A DNA stretch of 64,000 nucleotides from Utricularia gibba (Eukaryota; Plantae; Magnoliophyta), in the NCBI GenBank assembly GCA_002189035.1, contig NEEC01000026.1, positions 186,001 to 250,000 of the forward strand, written 5' to 3'. Shown here piece by piece: positions 14,501-26,531 of this stretch. Positions within the stretch are counted from its first letter, which is position 1; each line of letters begins with the position of its first letter. Under the pieces are notes generated by a model. The model did no database searches, had not been told where the DNA came from, and saw nothing but the letters and a program-made list of their open reading frames with translations. The position numbers were made by a program, and so were the translations under genes.

Positions 14501-17500
14501 GTGCAATTAAGCTATTAAACTATTAAAATGATCAAGATTACATGCAAAGATGATACACATCTAATACCTATGGTACACAAAAGTCATATTATCTTGATAG
14601 TGCATCATTTAAAACTTAGCTATTTGCCACCATCCCTCCCACCTAACAAGCAAATATATATATTTCATCTAAACATCACTACACCCAAAACATTTGTTCA
14701 TATCACATTCTTCTAATTTCTATATCTTGCTTATTCAAATATCTTTATTTATATATCAATGTATGTGTCCATCTATGACCCCAACACACTTTTGCACATA
14801 ATTAATGAACTTTAACTAAATTATCTAAATTATTTGTGAAAGTTATGATATGATACTTGAAATCTACCATCGGATACACATTCACCAAGAGCTACTAGTT
14901 TATTCAATAAGAAGTTATAAATGCAAAGCACTATATGAAGCACCCTTTTGAAAGCACCATTCTATCAATATACTTTTGAACCTGTACTTTTTACGACAAA
15001 TCTTCTATGACACCTTGACATATTTCCTAGCCCTTAAACTCGAATAATTTTTCAACAAACTACATAATATCCCAATAACATTTCTACTAATTCTCAAATT
15101 CTCTATTGAAGCCCTCTTCACATCGTAATGAACCTATGAATATATTCTATTTATTTAGGAATCTTGTTTATAAAAGAATATATATATACACTATATAACC
15201 TTCGTGATAATATTCTCAATATAAGTGTATTAACCCATTCATCTCAATTAATTATTTGTTGATACCATCATAGCCGCACTTAAGACAACATGACACTTCT
15301 GTAAAAACACTCATATTGTCACTACATACAAGAAATAAAAAACAAGAAAACCCACAAATAAAAAACAAAAAACACAGAATCATGAAAGCAGCCACACATC
15401 GACACAATGTATTAAAGGTGGTGAAAACCCACGAATAACAGCAACAAAAACGCACCGAAGGATCCAAATGTTACCAATCAACCCAAGCGCAAATGCGAAA
15501 CGAATTTGGTCGCTGGAGCTTTATAGGCTTGAGGGCCACGAATGTCGTACACCTCTGTTTTCAAAAAAGAAAGGAATCTTATTATTATATGAAAGGTAGA
15601 ATTATAAAATGCAAATCATATTTACATAAATCAATCTCCTCATGCCCCCACCTCCACCCCCTTTGGTTTATGCAAAATTTATCCACTTAAAACTTACATA
15701 TCAAACATGAATTTATCCATAAACCTACATGAAAACCCATGAAAAACCTCTATGATTCATGATTTTAGGGATGAGAAAAAAATATTAATTTTTAACATAA
15801 TAATAATACATATGACTTTTTGTGTTATAAATATCCTAAATATAAATATATCTTAAATTAAAAAGAAATTAAATATAAAGTAATCTTAAAATTTTTATTT
15901 ATAATTGATTAATTTATAAATATATTAGAAATAAATGTTATATGAAATTTGTAAATAAATAAATTTTAAAATTATTTAGTGAATTTTCTGCTAAATTAAT
16001 AAATTGTTATGAATATCTAAAAATAACTTAAATTTTTTAAATATATAATTTTATATATTCATCATGGTTCTTATTATGTGGTAATTTTTTTTATATGATG
16101 TCGTTAAGCATGACTAGTTATATAATTTTCATGTTTATTTTTCCATTCAAATGTAACGAGTTTTGTTATGTTTTAATTCTTCACGAGATATTATCAAGTA
16201 TTATGCGTTGCTACATCCTATGGTTTTTTTGTCCAATTTGCCTTACTATTGTAATAGATTTTGTTATATTTTAATTCTTTACTAAGTGTAGTGGAGTGTT
16301 ATCATATCTTGTCAAATATATTATTTTTTCTAATTGTTTGTCTGAGTATGGTCAAACGTAATCGAGTATAAATTAGAGTCGAATTTTGTTAATTTAAAAT
16401 ATATTAGAACCAATTTTTCTTTATTTGAAAGAACCAAAGAAATTAAATTAGATTTGATTTTTTTGTATATTCAATTAATAATATAAATTATATTTAATAT
16501 AAAATACTATAAACTCTAAAAAAAAATTAATTATCAATCTTTTTAATGATATATAATTATTTTTAGTTATAAAATATTTATGATTATAATTTAATTATAT
16601 TTAATTAGTCATATTATATACATTCGAATTCAATACATTTATTATTATATTCAAATTATTTATTTTAACATTCAAAGTATTATTTTAATAATTCATAATT
16701 TATTTCCTTTTTAAATACTGAACTATTCAAACTAGTACTAAATTTAAAAAATAATCACCGTCACGGATAAACTATTTGAACTAATAATTTTATATTAAGA
16801 AATTAAATTGAAATGATCAAGTATATATAAAATTATATATTACTATTAATCAATTAAGTATAATATTGTATAATATGATTCATTTTTTGTGTACTAAAGA
16901 TTAATATGTGCTCGCTTGATTCATCCAATCTTTAATTTCATCATGGTATCAGAATATTTAACTTACGACATGACTGGAAAGCTAAGATGGATTTTAGTAA
17001 GAAGATGCATTGAGTTTAATTAATACAAAATTAAATCAATTTACGACCCGAGTAATACCCTAAACCCTAAACAAAAAGGCAAGTATTAACTGAATCAAAA
17101 ATCAATTTGATGTGAGGACAATTATTGGAACAAGTAATCAAATCTTGGAAAATTAAATTAAAATAATTAAACATATAAAAAAATTATAGATCAATCGTAA
17201 TTATTTGTATTTATCTTTTTCTAATATAATTCACATTTATAGTGTATTTTAATTTCATATATATGCTCATTCAAACATGACATACTTAATTTGTACATAT
17301 CTACATTGTCGCACCATCATTGATGAGGAGCATCTTCTCATCGGGTCATTCTTTCACACACACATTAATAGGTCTGTGCTGTACATGGAGGGTGCCTTGT
17401 TGTTGAATGGGGCAGCTCTTCCCTTTGACTTTGTATTAAATAATAAATAACAAGACATTTGGAGGAGGAGGGAGAAGGATGCCCCGCAGGAAGGCACTGA

Positions 17501-17680
17501 ATGAATGCAAGGCAAGCTTCAGCTTCAGCAGCACCACGCAGGCTTATAAACCCTTTCAACTCCCTTTCCTTGTTTGCTTTCCTGTTTGGTTGGTGGGACT
17601 GAATACGGACTGACAGGATCGCGACGGCGTCGCCATAAATGAGCGCCGTTGCTATTTCGCATCGCCCGCCCAGCCACCCA

Positions 17681-17716
17681 GCCACAGCCACAGCCACAGC
17701 CACAGCCACAGCCACA
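17681..17716 (+). repeat. (GCCACA)6 hexanucleotide microsatellite
   Basis: Six perfect units read directly. Confidence 0.95.
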
Positions 17717-18240
17717 GTGAGTGAACCGTAAACCTCGGCAGCCTCACCCAAAAAGACGCAGAGCGGCGATGGGTTGATGTTGTGTTTTTGTTGAGTGCGG
17801 ACAGATTGCTGGGTCCTTTTCCGGGTCATTAATGCGCGACACATGCAGCTACTCAGCGTTGCCGGTTTCTGAATAACGAGCTGATCAGGCTGGCTAAATA
17901 CGGCCGGCCAGCACACTTGGTCACGAACTGGACTGGAGCTGGTGAGTAGTTCTGAAGACGACGCATAATATGTAATTAATGCTCGCCGTCTCCTACGAAC
18001 TAATCCCACCCCCTCACACCTAATCCCAGTTTGATAGCTTGCAAGTTCCATCCATCCGTCTTGCAATTTCAGTTGTTAGCAGCATGCTAACACCTTTATT
18101 GCAAGGGAGAGATGAGATAGAGAGATGAATGGAGCCCAGTGTCTTAATGCAAACGCGTTCCCCTAACACAAAGTCGCACAGTGCATGTGTGTGTATTCTT
18201 CGCCAAAAAGGTTTTTGCGTATGACATAAAAACGTGGGTG

Positions 18241-18247
18241 TATAAAT
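18241..18247 (+). promoter_or_regulatory. TATA box of the ABCG gene
   Basis: TATAAAT about 140 bp upstream of the ATG, followed by a CT-rich leader. Confidence 0.55.
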
Positions 18248-18379
18248 GACGCCTCCCATCTCAACCTCCTCACTGCCCTCTCCATTCATGGCAGCAGCAT
18301 TTACTCAACAACGCTACCACTGAACCTCCCTCCATTCTCTTCTTCTATCTTCTTCCTCCACCTCAGGACACGACGCAAA

Positions 18380-21300
18380 ATGGAGATTGAATCTGCAAAC
18401 CCAGCATTCGGGGGTGACCTTGCCGAGGGAAGCAGAGGTGGGATCATCTCCGGCGCGTGTTTGGTCTGGCAGGACTTGACGGCGGTGCTTCCCAACTACG
18501 GCAGCGGTCCCACGAGGAGATTGATCAACGGCCTCACAGGATACGCTCTCCCTGGGCGCATCATGGCAGTCATGGGTCCTTCCGGCTCCGGAAAATCCAC
18601 TTTCTTGGATGCTTTATCAGGTTCCCCGTCACACATTCTCTCTCTGTTTGCATTTGGGGGTTTTCCTTTTACATATGGATTCAGAGCATGGGTATTAGGT
18701 TGCATGGTGGTGATGATTTAAAATCTGGAGCTTCATCATAGTCCCCTTTACACTGAAAAACAAGAACCCATAGTATTTCTGTGTAGTAGTGGTGGGTTGT
18801 GGCTGACTACACATAAATGGTTCCGTAAAGTGAAATTAATACTCCAACAGTCACGAGAATCCATCCTTTTCATTTCAAATCTAGTTACTCTTGGGATTGG
18901 AGGCGTGGTTTGTTGCTTGGAGATCCAGAAAAAAAAAAGAAAAAAAAAAGAAAAAGAAAAGAAAAAGAAAAGAAGCTTTCATATTCAGGTACCGAGGTTA
19001 GTAGAAATAATTGATCATTAGATGTTAAGCTGCAGAACACACACACCCCACCTCCCACAATTCCAAGGTTATGATGATAGGAAAAAGAGGGGTAAAAGAA
19101 ACTAGTTTGGTGGCAGAGATCAAGTGCGTGGTCCCGGAAAGTGCGAAGGTGAATTACTGTAGTAAACCTCACTGTTCTTTTTTTTTCTTTGGTTACCTTT
19201 AGTTTAGTAACTAGTTTAGTGTCCATTCTTCCTTAAGACAGATCTTAATAGACAAGAGGGTGTTTATCAGAAATTCATGGTATTTAGTCCACTCGATTAA
19301 GATAGTGGCAAACAGTTGTCCGGCGATGATATTAATGAGGGCATGTGCTGGTGGCCAGGCCAGTCTCTTTCATTTTCAAATATAATTTTACTCAGGATTC
19401 CCCTTGAAGGGCGAAGTGATTTCTGTACTGGGATTCTAGATGGTGTGCGTGCAGATTTATTGAGAATTTACTGCTGTTATATGCAGTTGGTGGGGTATTT
19501 AATGCTGTGTATGTACTGAGAATGTATGTGTGGGTGACGAAGATGGTTGGCAGATGTGAATTGAATGGGGTGAAAAAAACTTCTTGTAGGGAGGCTGTCC
19601 GCGAATGTCGTCTTATCAGGCAACTTGATCCTCAACGGGAGGAAAAGAACACTCAATGACAGCATCGCTGTAAGTTGTTTGCAGCAAGCTTAATGATGAT
19701 CATCTCTCAGCTCAGCCCAGCCCTTTTGTACTCATGCCCGGTTTACTAACCATACAGGCCTATGTCACTCAAGAATCTGGATTCCTGGGAACGCTTACTG
19801 TCAAAGAAACCATCACATACTCGGCAATGCTGCGGCTGCCGAGTAAAACACCGAGGAGCGAGCTGAATATGATTGTTGAGAGGACGATTTCAGAGATGGG
19901 GTTAGAGGAGTGTGCTGATACACTTGTTGGACACTGGCATCTGAGAGGCATAAGCGGAGGGGAGAAAAAGAGACTCAGCATTGCCTTGGAGATTCTAACA
20001 CAGCCTCGTTTATTGCTTCTTGATGAGCCCACATCGGGCCTCGACAGTGCGTCTGCTTTCTTCGTTGCACAGACCCTTAGGAGCCTGGCACTCAGCGGTA
20101 GGACCATCATCTCCTCCATTCATCAGCCCAGCAGCGAAGTGTTCGCTCTGTTTCATGATCTTCTACTGCTGTCCAATGGAGAGACCATTTACTTTGGGGA
20201 AGCTGAAAGGGCTATAGAGGTGAGCCACATAATAACGCAAGGGGCTTTGGATCAACGCCTGTTGCTTATGCTAAAATGAATTTTTTGCAGTTGTTTGCGG
20301 AGGCTGGGTTCCCATGTCCGACCAGAAGGAATCCATCGGACCATTTTTTACGCTGCACCAATTCGGATTTCGACAATGTGAACCGAACCTTGACAGGGAG
20401 TCTCAGACTGAGAGTAAGCCATTCCCCGTGATGATTGCACACGAGCTCATATCCCGAGTTAACTGTGTGCTCCCTCCCACCTGCAGGATAGGAAAAACGA
20501 GTCTGCCGGTTTACTGACGAACTTGCCTACAACGGAAATACGAGCAAGGCTAGTTCAGAAGTACCAGACTTCAAAATACGCACCAAGGGTGATAGCTAGA
20601 ACACGAGAATTGTCGAGCGTGGTGAGCACCCCTCAACCTGTACCACACCCACCCCACTTGTATCTTCCACACAAGTACTGAGAGAATTTTTTCAGGGAAG
20701 TACATCAGCATTTGAGGAGATTAAGGGGAGCCAAGCATCGTGGGTCAAGCAGCTTACAACTCTGACTAGGAGATCTTTTGTCAACATGAATAGGGACTTT
20801 GGTTACTACTGGCTACGGATCATAGTATTCATAGCAGTAGCCATGAGTGCTGGCTCCATCTTCTTCAGGGTCGGTGAAAATTTCACCACTTCTTCACTCC
20901 TACCAAGAGCAGCCTGCGGAGGTTACGTATCAGGTTTCATGGTGTTCATGACCATTGGAGGGTTCCCATCATTCATAGAAGAAATGAAGGTCATCAATTT
21001 TCTTCATTTGTCAGTCGTGAGTGATCAACTTATCAGCTAGCTACTCGTTCTCACCTCCTGTTTTAATGATGATAAAAACAACAGGTATTCACCAAGGAGA
21101 GGCTCAACAGGCATTATGGTGTTGTAGTCTACCTGCTTTCGAATTTCCTCTCTTCCTTTCCTTTCTTGGCGGTAATGGCAACATGCACATCTGGCATCAT
21201 GTATTGCATGGTGAAGTATCACGCCGGATTCACCCATTTTGCCTACGTTGTTATGGACCTGTATCTTTCCTTGGCCGTTATAGAGAGCTGTATGATCGCC

Positions 21301-21970
21301 ATTGCAGCTTTTGTTCCCAACTTTTTGATGTGTGTCATGGCCGGCTCTGGTTTTGTGGTCAGTCCCTGTTCGTCACACTCTTTGAAATTCAGCGAACAAC
21401 TAACCACAATGAAGTTACTCTCTGCAGGGGCTTATGATGGCTACTGCTGGTTATTTCCGTCGATTCTTGGATCTTCCTAAGATTTTCTGGAGATATCCCG
21501 TGTACTACGTCAACTACATGTCATGGGCATTGCAGGTAATTACCCCAAACCTGGAAATATGCTGCTGATCTTCTGCTCTTCAACTCACGGAAATCTTTGC
21601 TTGCAAGGGTGCCTTCAAGAACGAAATGATTGGGTTGGAGTTTGAGCCTCTGGTAGAGGGGCAGCCCAAGATTCCTGGTGAAACGATTCTTACTGCATAT
21701 TTGGGGGTTCCTATAACTCACACAAAATGGTGGGACTTGGCAGTCATAGTAGCAATTCTGCTCGCTTACAGACTGCTATTCTTGTGTGCCCTCAAGTTCA
21801 AAGAGAGAGCTATCCCCATCTACAGAAGTTATCATGCGAAGACGACTCTTCATCATCTCAAGAAGAGGCCTTCGTTCAGGCTGACAACACCGCAGCCCTT
21901 TTCATCGAAGAGACATCAAGTTGTGCACACTTTGGCTTCTCAAGAAGGCCTCAACTCTCCATTACACTGA
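18380..21970 (+). CDS. ABCG15: Half-size ABCG (WBC) transporter, ABCG12/13/15 clade; 9 exons: 18380-18620, 19590-19669, 19758-20219, 20291-20413, 20487-20621, 20696-20989, 21085-21357, 21428-21535, 21608-21970
   Basis: Walker A GPSGSGKS, signature ISGGEKKR, Walker B LLLLDE, H-loop SSIHQP, TM domain, C-terminus [10 protein letters not shown]. All introns GT-AG with frame preserved. Symbol is a best-match label, not proven orthology. Confidence 0.92.
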
Positions 21971-22439
21971 TAAATGATGATTCCACAGAAGTGATCTTGT
22001 ATGTGCGGGCCACGTCTGCATGGCCTGGCTCTCCCGGGGAACAGCGTGTGAATAAAAACAATCTCAAAACTCTCCGAAAGGAAACGTAAAAGAAGCATCT
22101 TACCACTGAGCTCTGATGGTCCATGGCAGTTTCCAGGCATCTACGGCATGGCCTCGGGGAAAGAGATGATGCTCTGATATTCAGTATATGGATACGATTT
22201 TATAGACTGTCTAATATTGGTTAACTTCATGTATCACTTGATTACATAAGAAAAAAAACAAAATATTTGAGTGTCGGTTGTCCCCGAGAAACAGCAGTTA
22301 AAGAGAACAAGGAAGAGCATCAGCCTCTTCCCTCCAATGCGTATGTACAGAATTTGATGGAAACGATCAGCACAAAAGAAAGAATGGTTTCTTCGAACTT
22401 CCAAAAACAAAAGACCAAACATATGTTAGAGCCTGCATC

Positions 22440-23633
22440 CTAGGTTGACTCGAATGTGATTCCCGAGTCCATAGAGGCATCGCCCACAGAAGAGGAATCG
22501 CAGCAAGTGATCCACCACATTTTATCTTCAAATCCGGCAGCAGGCGTGGAATTGTAGAGCGTAGATATATCTGAAAGTATCATGTCATCTATACCTGAAA
22601 ACTTCTTATCTCCCAACAATTCCAAGCCATTATGGGCTATTAAGCACGACCTTGGTTCCCCTCTAGACCCTGAAGAAACCTCGTTAGCGACGACTGAATC
22701 CGAGGCTGACTTTGCTGAGATGATCATGGAGTTCATCATTTCACAAGACGAAGTTTCTTCTTGTGAGAAAAAGGGATCCTTGAGTAGCTGCAGAGCAGAA
22801 GGCCTCAGAGAAGCAGGTGATAAGCACTTTTCTATCATCTCCTTCACCTCTGAATCCGCCACTCTCCCTAGAGCAACAGGCTTAATGCCTGAAGTTACTT
22901 TCTTGAATATCTGCCCTGGATTTGTGCATTCCGAGTAGGGATATTCCAGAGTAACCATCTCCAATAAACACATCCCAAAGGCATATACATCAACTAATTC
23001 ATCGTACTCCTCATCATAGTACTCTGTTGCCATGAACTCTGGTGTCCCAGCCAGTACCCGAATTGGGGCTTCCTCCATGAATATCGACAACCCAAAATCA
23101 CCAATTTTGATCTCCGTCTCCCCGTTGCAAGCATTAACAAATATATTCTCACACTTCAAATCACGGTGAACGATTTTGGGTTTCAGAGTGTGGAGATAGT
23201 GAATGCCCTGTAAAATCTGCCTGCCCCAGTTCTTGATCATCTGCTGATCCACATTGCCGAGTTTCTTCGCGTGCTGCCTCAGATTCCCACAACTGAAAAG
23301 CTCAGCCATGATGTTTACTCGCCTGTTGTTGGCATCGATCCAATGGCAATAGCACTTCATGACGTTATGGTGCGCCAGAGACTTCAATAAAACGGCCTCA
23401 AAGCACGACTTTTCGTAGGCACCCGGAGATGGCGAGGTGGTGACCTCATCATCGACAGAGATTTGGTACCATGCAATCTCCAATCCGTCAACCAAATCAA
23501 AACCCTTGAAAACTTCTTTGAATGCCCCCCTTCCAAGAATGTTGTTATACCTGACGTAACGCCCACAGGGAGATATCTCCTGGACCTCGGAATCCAAATC
23601 CATCCCAAAGAAGCGCGATTGGCGGCCACACAA
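22440..23633 (-). CDS. WNK: WNK (With-No-Lysine) Ser/Thr kinase, single exon, 397 aa
   Basis: GRGAFK with the catalytic Lys in subdomain I, IAW in subdomain II, HRDLKCENIFVN, GTPEFMA, YPYSEC, KKVTSGIKP. Confidence 0.9.
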   Translation of the reverse strand: MCGRQSRFFGMDLDSEVQEISPCGRYVRYNNILGRGAFKEVFKGFDLVDGLEIAWYQISVDDEVTTSPSPGAYEKSCFEAVLLKSLAHHNVMKCYCHWIDANNRRVNIMAELFSCGNLRQHAKKLGNVDQQMIKNWGRQILQGIHYLHTLKPKIVHRDLKCENIFVNACNGETEIKIGDFGLSIFMEEAPIRVLAGTPEFMATEYYDEEYDELVDVYAFGMCLLEMVTLEYPYSECTNPGQIFKKVTSGIKPVALGRVADSEVKEMIEKCLSPASLRPSALQLLKDPFFSQEETSSCEMMNSMIISAKSASDSVVANEVSSGSRGEPRSCLIAHNGLELLGDKKFSGIDDMILSDISTLYNSTPAAGFEDKMWWITCCDSSSVGDASMDSGITFEST

Positions 23634-23899
23634 ATCAGAGTAGGAGAAAAAACTAGAACGCAGAGATTGGGTCGGAAAAGGCTTCCATGGCGGCGGAAAA
23701 GGAGTTGTTTTGATGCGAAGAAGAGCGGAGGCGCGAGTGGGAGCATGGGATGAGGGAGAGCATCAGAGGAGTAGTGAGTATGTTCTCCATTGGGTCATCA
23801 AGGAAGGGATCGGGCGGGGGATGGAAACCTGGAAATGGCTGCCAATGCCGATGGGGGATTGAGGGAAGGTTTGGGTTTGGGCGTAAATCAAACTCCGCT

Positions 23900-23923
23900 C
23901 CCGCCCCGCCCCGCCCTCATCCC
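23900..23923 (-). other. G-quadruplex-forming motif
   Basis: Minus strand GGGATGAGGGCGGGGCGGGGCGGG (five G-tracts, short loops). Confidence 0.6.
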
Positions 23924-24038
23924 AGTAATATATCAATCTATCTATCTATCTATCCATCTATGATCCGATCCATATCCTTTTATTTCTTCTAAGTCGTCGA
24001 GATTTGATTTGATTTGATTTGGAGGCGGCTTCGGTTCA

Positions 24039-24059
24039 CCCCCGCCCCGCCCCCATCCC
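24039..24059 (-). other. G-quadruplex-forming motif
   Basis: Minus strand GGGATGGGGGCGGGGCGGGGG (four G-tracts, loops of 1-2 nt). Confidence 0.6.
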
Positions 24060-24195
24060 ATCGGCATTCCAGTTTGTTGGGATTCAGGCAGGCAGGCCCC
24101 GGCGACAACACCAATCAGAGTCGTCAATCTGTGGCAACAGGAATCCAAAGGATCCCTTCCCTTGCCCTCCCCTTTCCAGTTACGACACGCAGAAG

Positions 24196-24222
24196 CAGCA
24201 GCAGCAGCAGCAGCAGCAGCAG
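24196..24222 (+). repeat. (CAG)9 microsatellite
   Basis: Read directly; lies about 130-160 bp past the stop of the membrane-protein gene. Confidence 0.95.
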
Positions 24223-24354
24223 ATGAGTAGTGAATCAACGCGAGAACAACAGCATCATAACCAACCATAAGTTGTATTACTGAAAATCAAGGTAAAATAC
24301 ACACTTGTTCAAAGTAGCAAGCAAGCTTCCCGGATTTACCACCGGTGTTACGTA

Positions 24355-24987
24355 TCACACGGTCTGGGGTGCTGCGGCAGGCTTCTTGAGCTCACCGTCG
24401 GCGTCGGCTGCCTTGGCCTGGGTAGGGATCATCACATAGGCCCCCAATTTCTTCTTCTTCAGACCCAGATCATCGTCATCATCATCAGAGGACGATGACA
24501 CATCTTCCAGGTCAAATCTTCGAGGCGAGAACAACGCCCACAAAAAGTACATGATCGCAGCGGTGAGAGCACCGCATCCCACCCCGAAAAGCAGCGCATG
24601 AACCACGCTCATGATATCCTCGGAGCGATCGCGAATCGATCTCGACACCGACGAATAAAATTGAAAAGGGAAACCGGAGGCCTTCTCCACCGAAGAAGCT
24701 CGTGACGCGTCGTTTTCCGAGCCGGAAATCGCAACCCAACGCCTAGAAAACTCATCCGAGAGCCGATTGGAGGGAGATGAGAAGACGAGGGTGAGATATC
24801 GAGGGCCCTGATTCCGGATCAGGAACTGGGAATCCGGATTCGCAGTGAGTGGATTGAAGGGGTAAGCAGCAGAGGCGGTAGAAGCTGAGAAATAGAAGAG
24901 GGTTTTGCAGGGGCGACCGTAGGCTGTGGCCGCAAGGCACAGGAGGAGGAGGCTGCCGGTGAAGAAAACAAGGTTCGCCATTTTCAA
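24355..24987 (-). CDS. Uncharacterised single-pass membrane protein, 210 aa, single exon
   Basis: N-terminal signal peptide ending AYG-RPCKT, hydrophobic segment VVHALLFGVGCGALTAAIMYFLWALF, acidic then basic tail; GC-rich coding composition. Confidence 0.8.
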   Translation of the reverse strand: MKMANLVFFTGSLLLLCLAATAYGRPCKTLFYFSASTASAAYPFNPLTANPDSQFLIRNQGPRYLTLVFSSPSNRLSDEFSRRWVAISGSENDASRASSVEKASGFPFQFYSSVSRSIRDRSEDIMSVVHALLFGVGCGALTAAIMYFLWALFSPRRFDLEDVSSSSDDDDDDLGLKKKKLGAYVMIPTQAKAADADGELKKPAAAPQTV

Positions 24988-25298
24988 CGGAGAGAGAGCG
25001 TGTCGACGCGAGAGAGGGAAGTTTGGTGGTCGTTATAAAGAGGTGCCCACGGGGACTTGGGACTTGAATGGAAGTGGAAGGAAGCATCTAGAGTCTAGAG
25101 TACGCGGGCCGGCCGGGGCTTCCATCAAAGTCTAATAAAATTCCTTTGAACCCATTTTTGACACAAAAACAACAAGGATCTGGGATCTCAAGGGCCTCTA
25201 TCTAGCCTGGTACCAGCACTCCAACTCTACACACAAGCTAGAGGGAAGAAAGAAGAAAGGTAGCAGCAGCAGCAGCAAACTGATACATAACAACCAAA

Positions 25299-25319
25299 CA
25301 GCCAAGAATGAATTGCCGC
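25299..25319 (-). promoter_or_regulatory. miR169 target site in the NF-YA 3' UTR
   Basis: Plus strand CAGCCAAGAATGAATTGCCGC vs miR169 CAGCCAAGGAUGACUUGCCGA: G:U at position 9, mismatches at 14 and 21; 41 nt after the stop. Confidence 0.88.
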
Positions 25320-25359
25320 ACGCACCCAGCTTAGCGTCACCACTCCTGGAATCACACTG

Positions 25360-26531
25360 TCAACGGGACGGACATGGTGCCTCAGACAGGTTGATGTGTG
25401 TTCTAATGCTTTCTGATCCAGAAACTGTGGTGGCCTCGGCGGCATCTGCATCAGACGACTTCTTTGCGAACCGGCCACCCGAACCCCTTGCTCTATTCAT
25501 TGCATGTCGATGTCGAGACTCATGGAGGTATGGCTGCAACGCAGTGAGCTTCCTTGTCAATTTTGCACAATAAAACAACACACTACACTACAAGGACGCA
25601 GAGATGTGAACCACCTTCCGGGCTTTCACTAGTTTCTTCTCAAGCTCAGCCTTGGCACGGGATTGCCTCCGCCTAAGAATGCCATGGTACTGCTTCGCAT
25701 TCACATAAACGGGTTCCTGTGTCAACTCTAGGGGCAACGGAATTCTCGCATGATGCATGTCATATAAATGAGGAACCTATCACACAGACAAATGCATATC
25801 AGTCACCAAAAAGAAACAAGGATTTTAAGGCATGTGTAGTAGCAGTTGGAGTCCAAGAAGCAGAGAACAACAAATAATTTGCATGGTTTTTACCAAAGGT
25901 TGACCATAAGGTGCTATTAACCCCGCATAGTACGGCTCATAAGGATTTGAGCCGCAGGCCTGAAAAAGAGGAGATTTCTCAGCGCTAATTTCAAATCTCT
26001 TCCTTCAGATAACGATGCACATTATCTCGCAGTAGAGTATAATCCACAAATCTTACAACAGAGAGACCAATTAGCTGCCGGCCTTGAGCAAAGGTTCCAC
26101 CGATTCTCGGATATAAGGTTGGTGGAACCTGACCATCCCGCTCACAATTTTTGTCTGAACTCGAGAGAGGCACTGTCAAGCAATGAATTGAAACAGGGGA
26201 AGCACGCGAATGTTAGACAACTGATTGACTAACACAAGACCAGTTCACACAAAACTTCACATATTTTTTTATCACCTTGCTGGATTGTAGTGCTAGGTGA
26301 CTCTTTTGCATTATCATCATCTTCCTCATTTATTCCACCTTCTGAAAGCCATATTCCATCAGCAGAGTGTTCATTAGATGATGTGTCACATGAATTTCTT
26401 CGAGTAAGGGTGGGATCAAGGGAACCAGATACTGCATTGTTCCACCAAGGAGGAGCAGAGGGCGCAGAGGAGTCGCCAGCATCATCAAACTTGGGCTCTC
26501 TCTGACTGCCACTTTTAGGGTTCGATTGCAT
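25360..26531 (-). CDS. NF-YA: Nuclear factor Y subunit A; coding exons 26276-26531, 26057-26172, 25894-25959, 25615-25776, 25360-25533; probable 5' UTR intron 26574-26894
   Basis: [24 protein letters not shown] and [22 protein letters not shown] domains; GT-AG introns preserve frame; MQS N-terminus typical of the NF-YA1/9 group. Confidence 0.93.

Noticed and set aside
17058-17071. Two CCCTAAA telomeric units
   Set aside because: Too short for an interstitial telomere; telo-box-sized motifs are common.
17365-18066. 233-aa minus-strand ORF
   Set aside because: No recognisable domain; length is explained by GC content and the hexamer repeat (VAVAVA).
18929-18975. A-rich run in ABCG intron 1 as a SINE or retrocopy tail
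   Set aside because: No A/B boxes or TSD; treated as low complexity.
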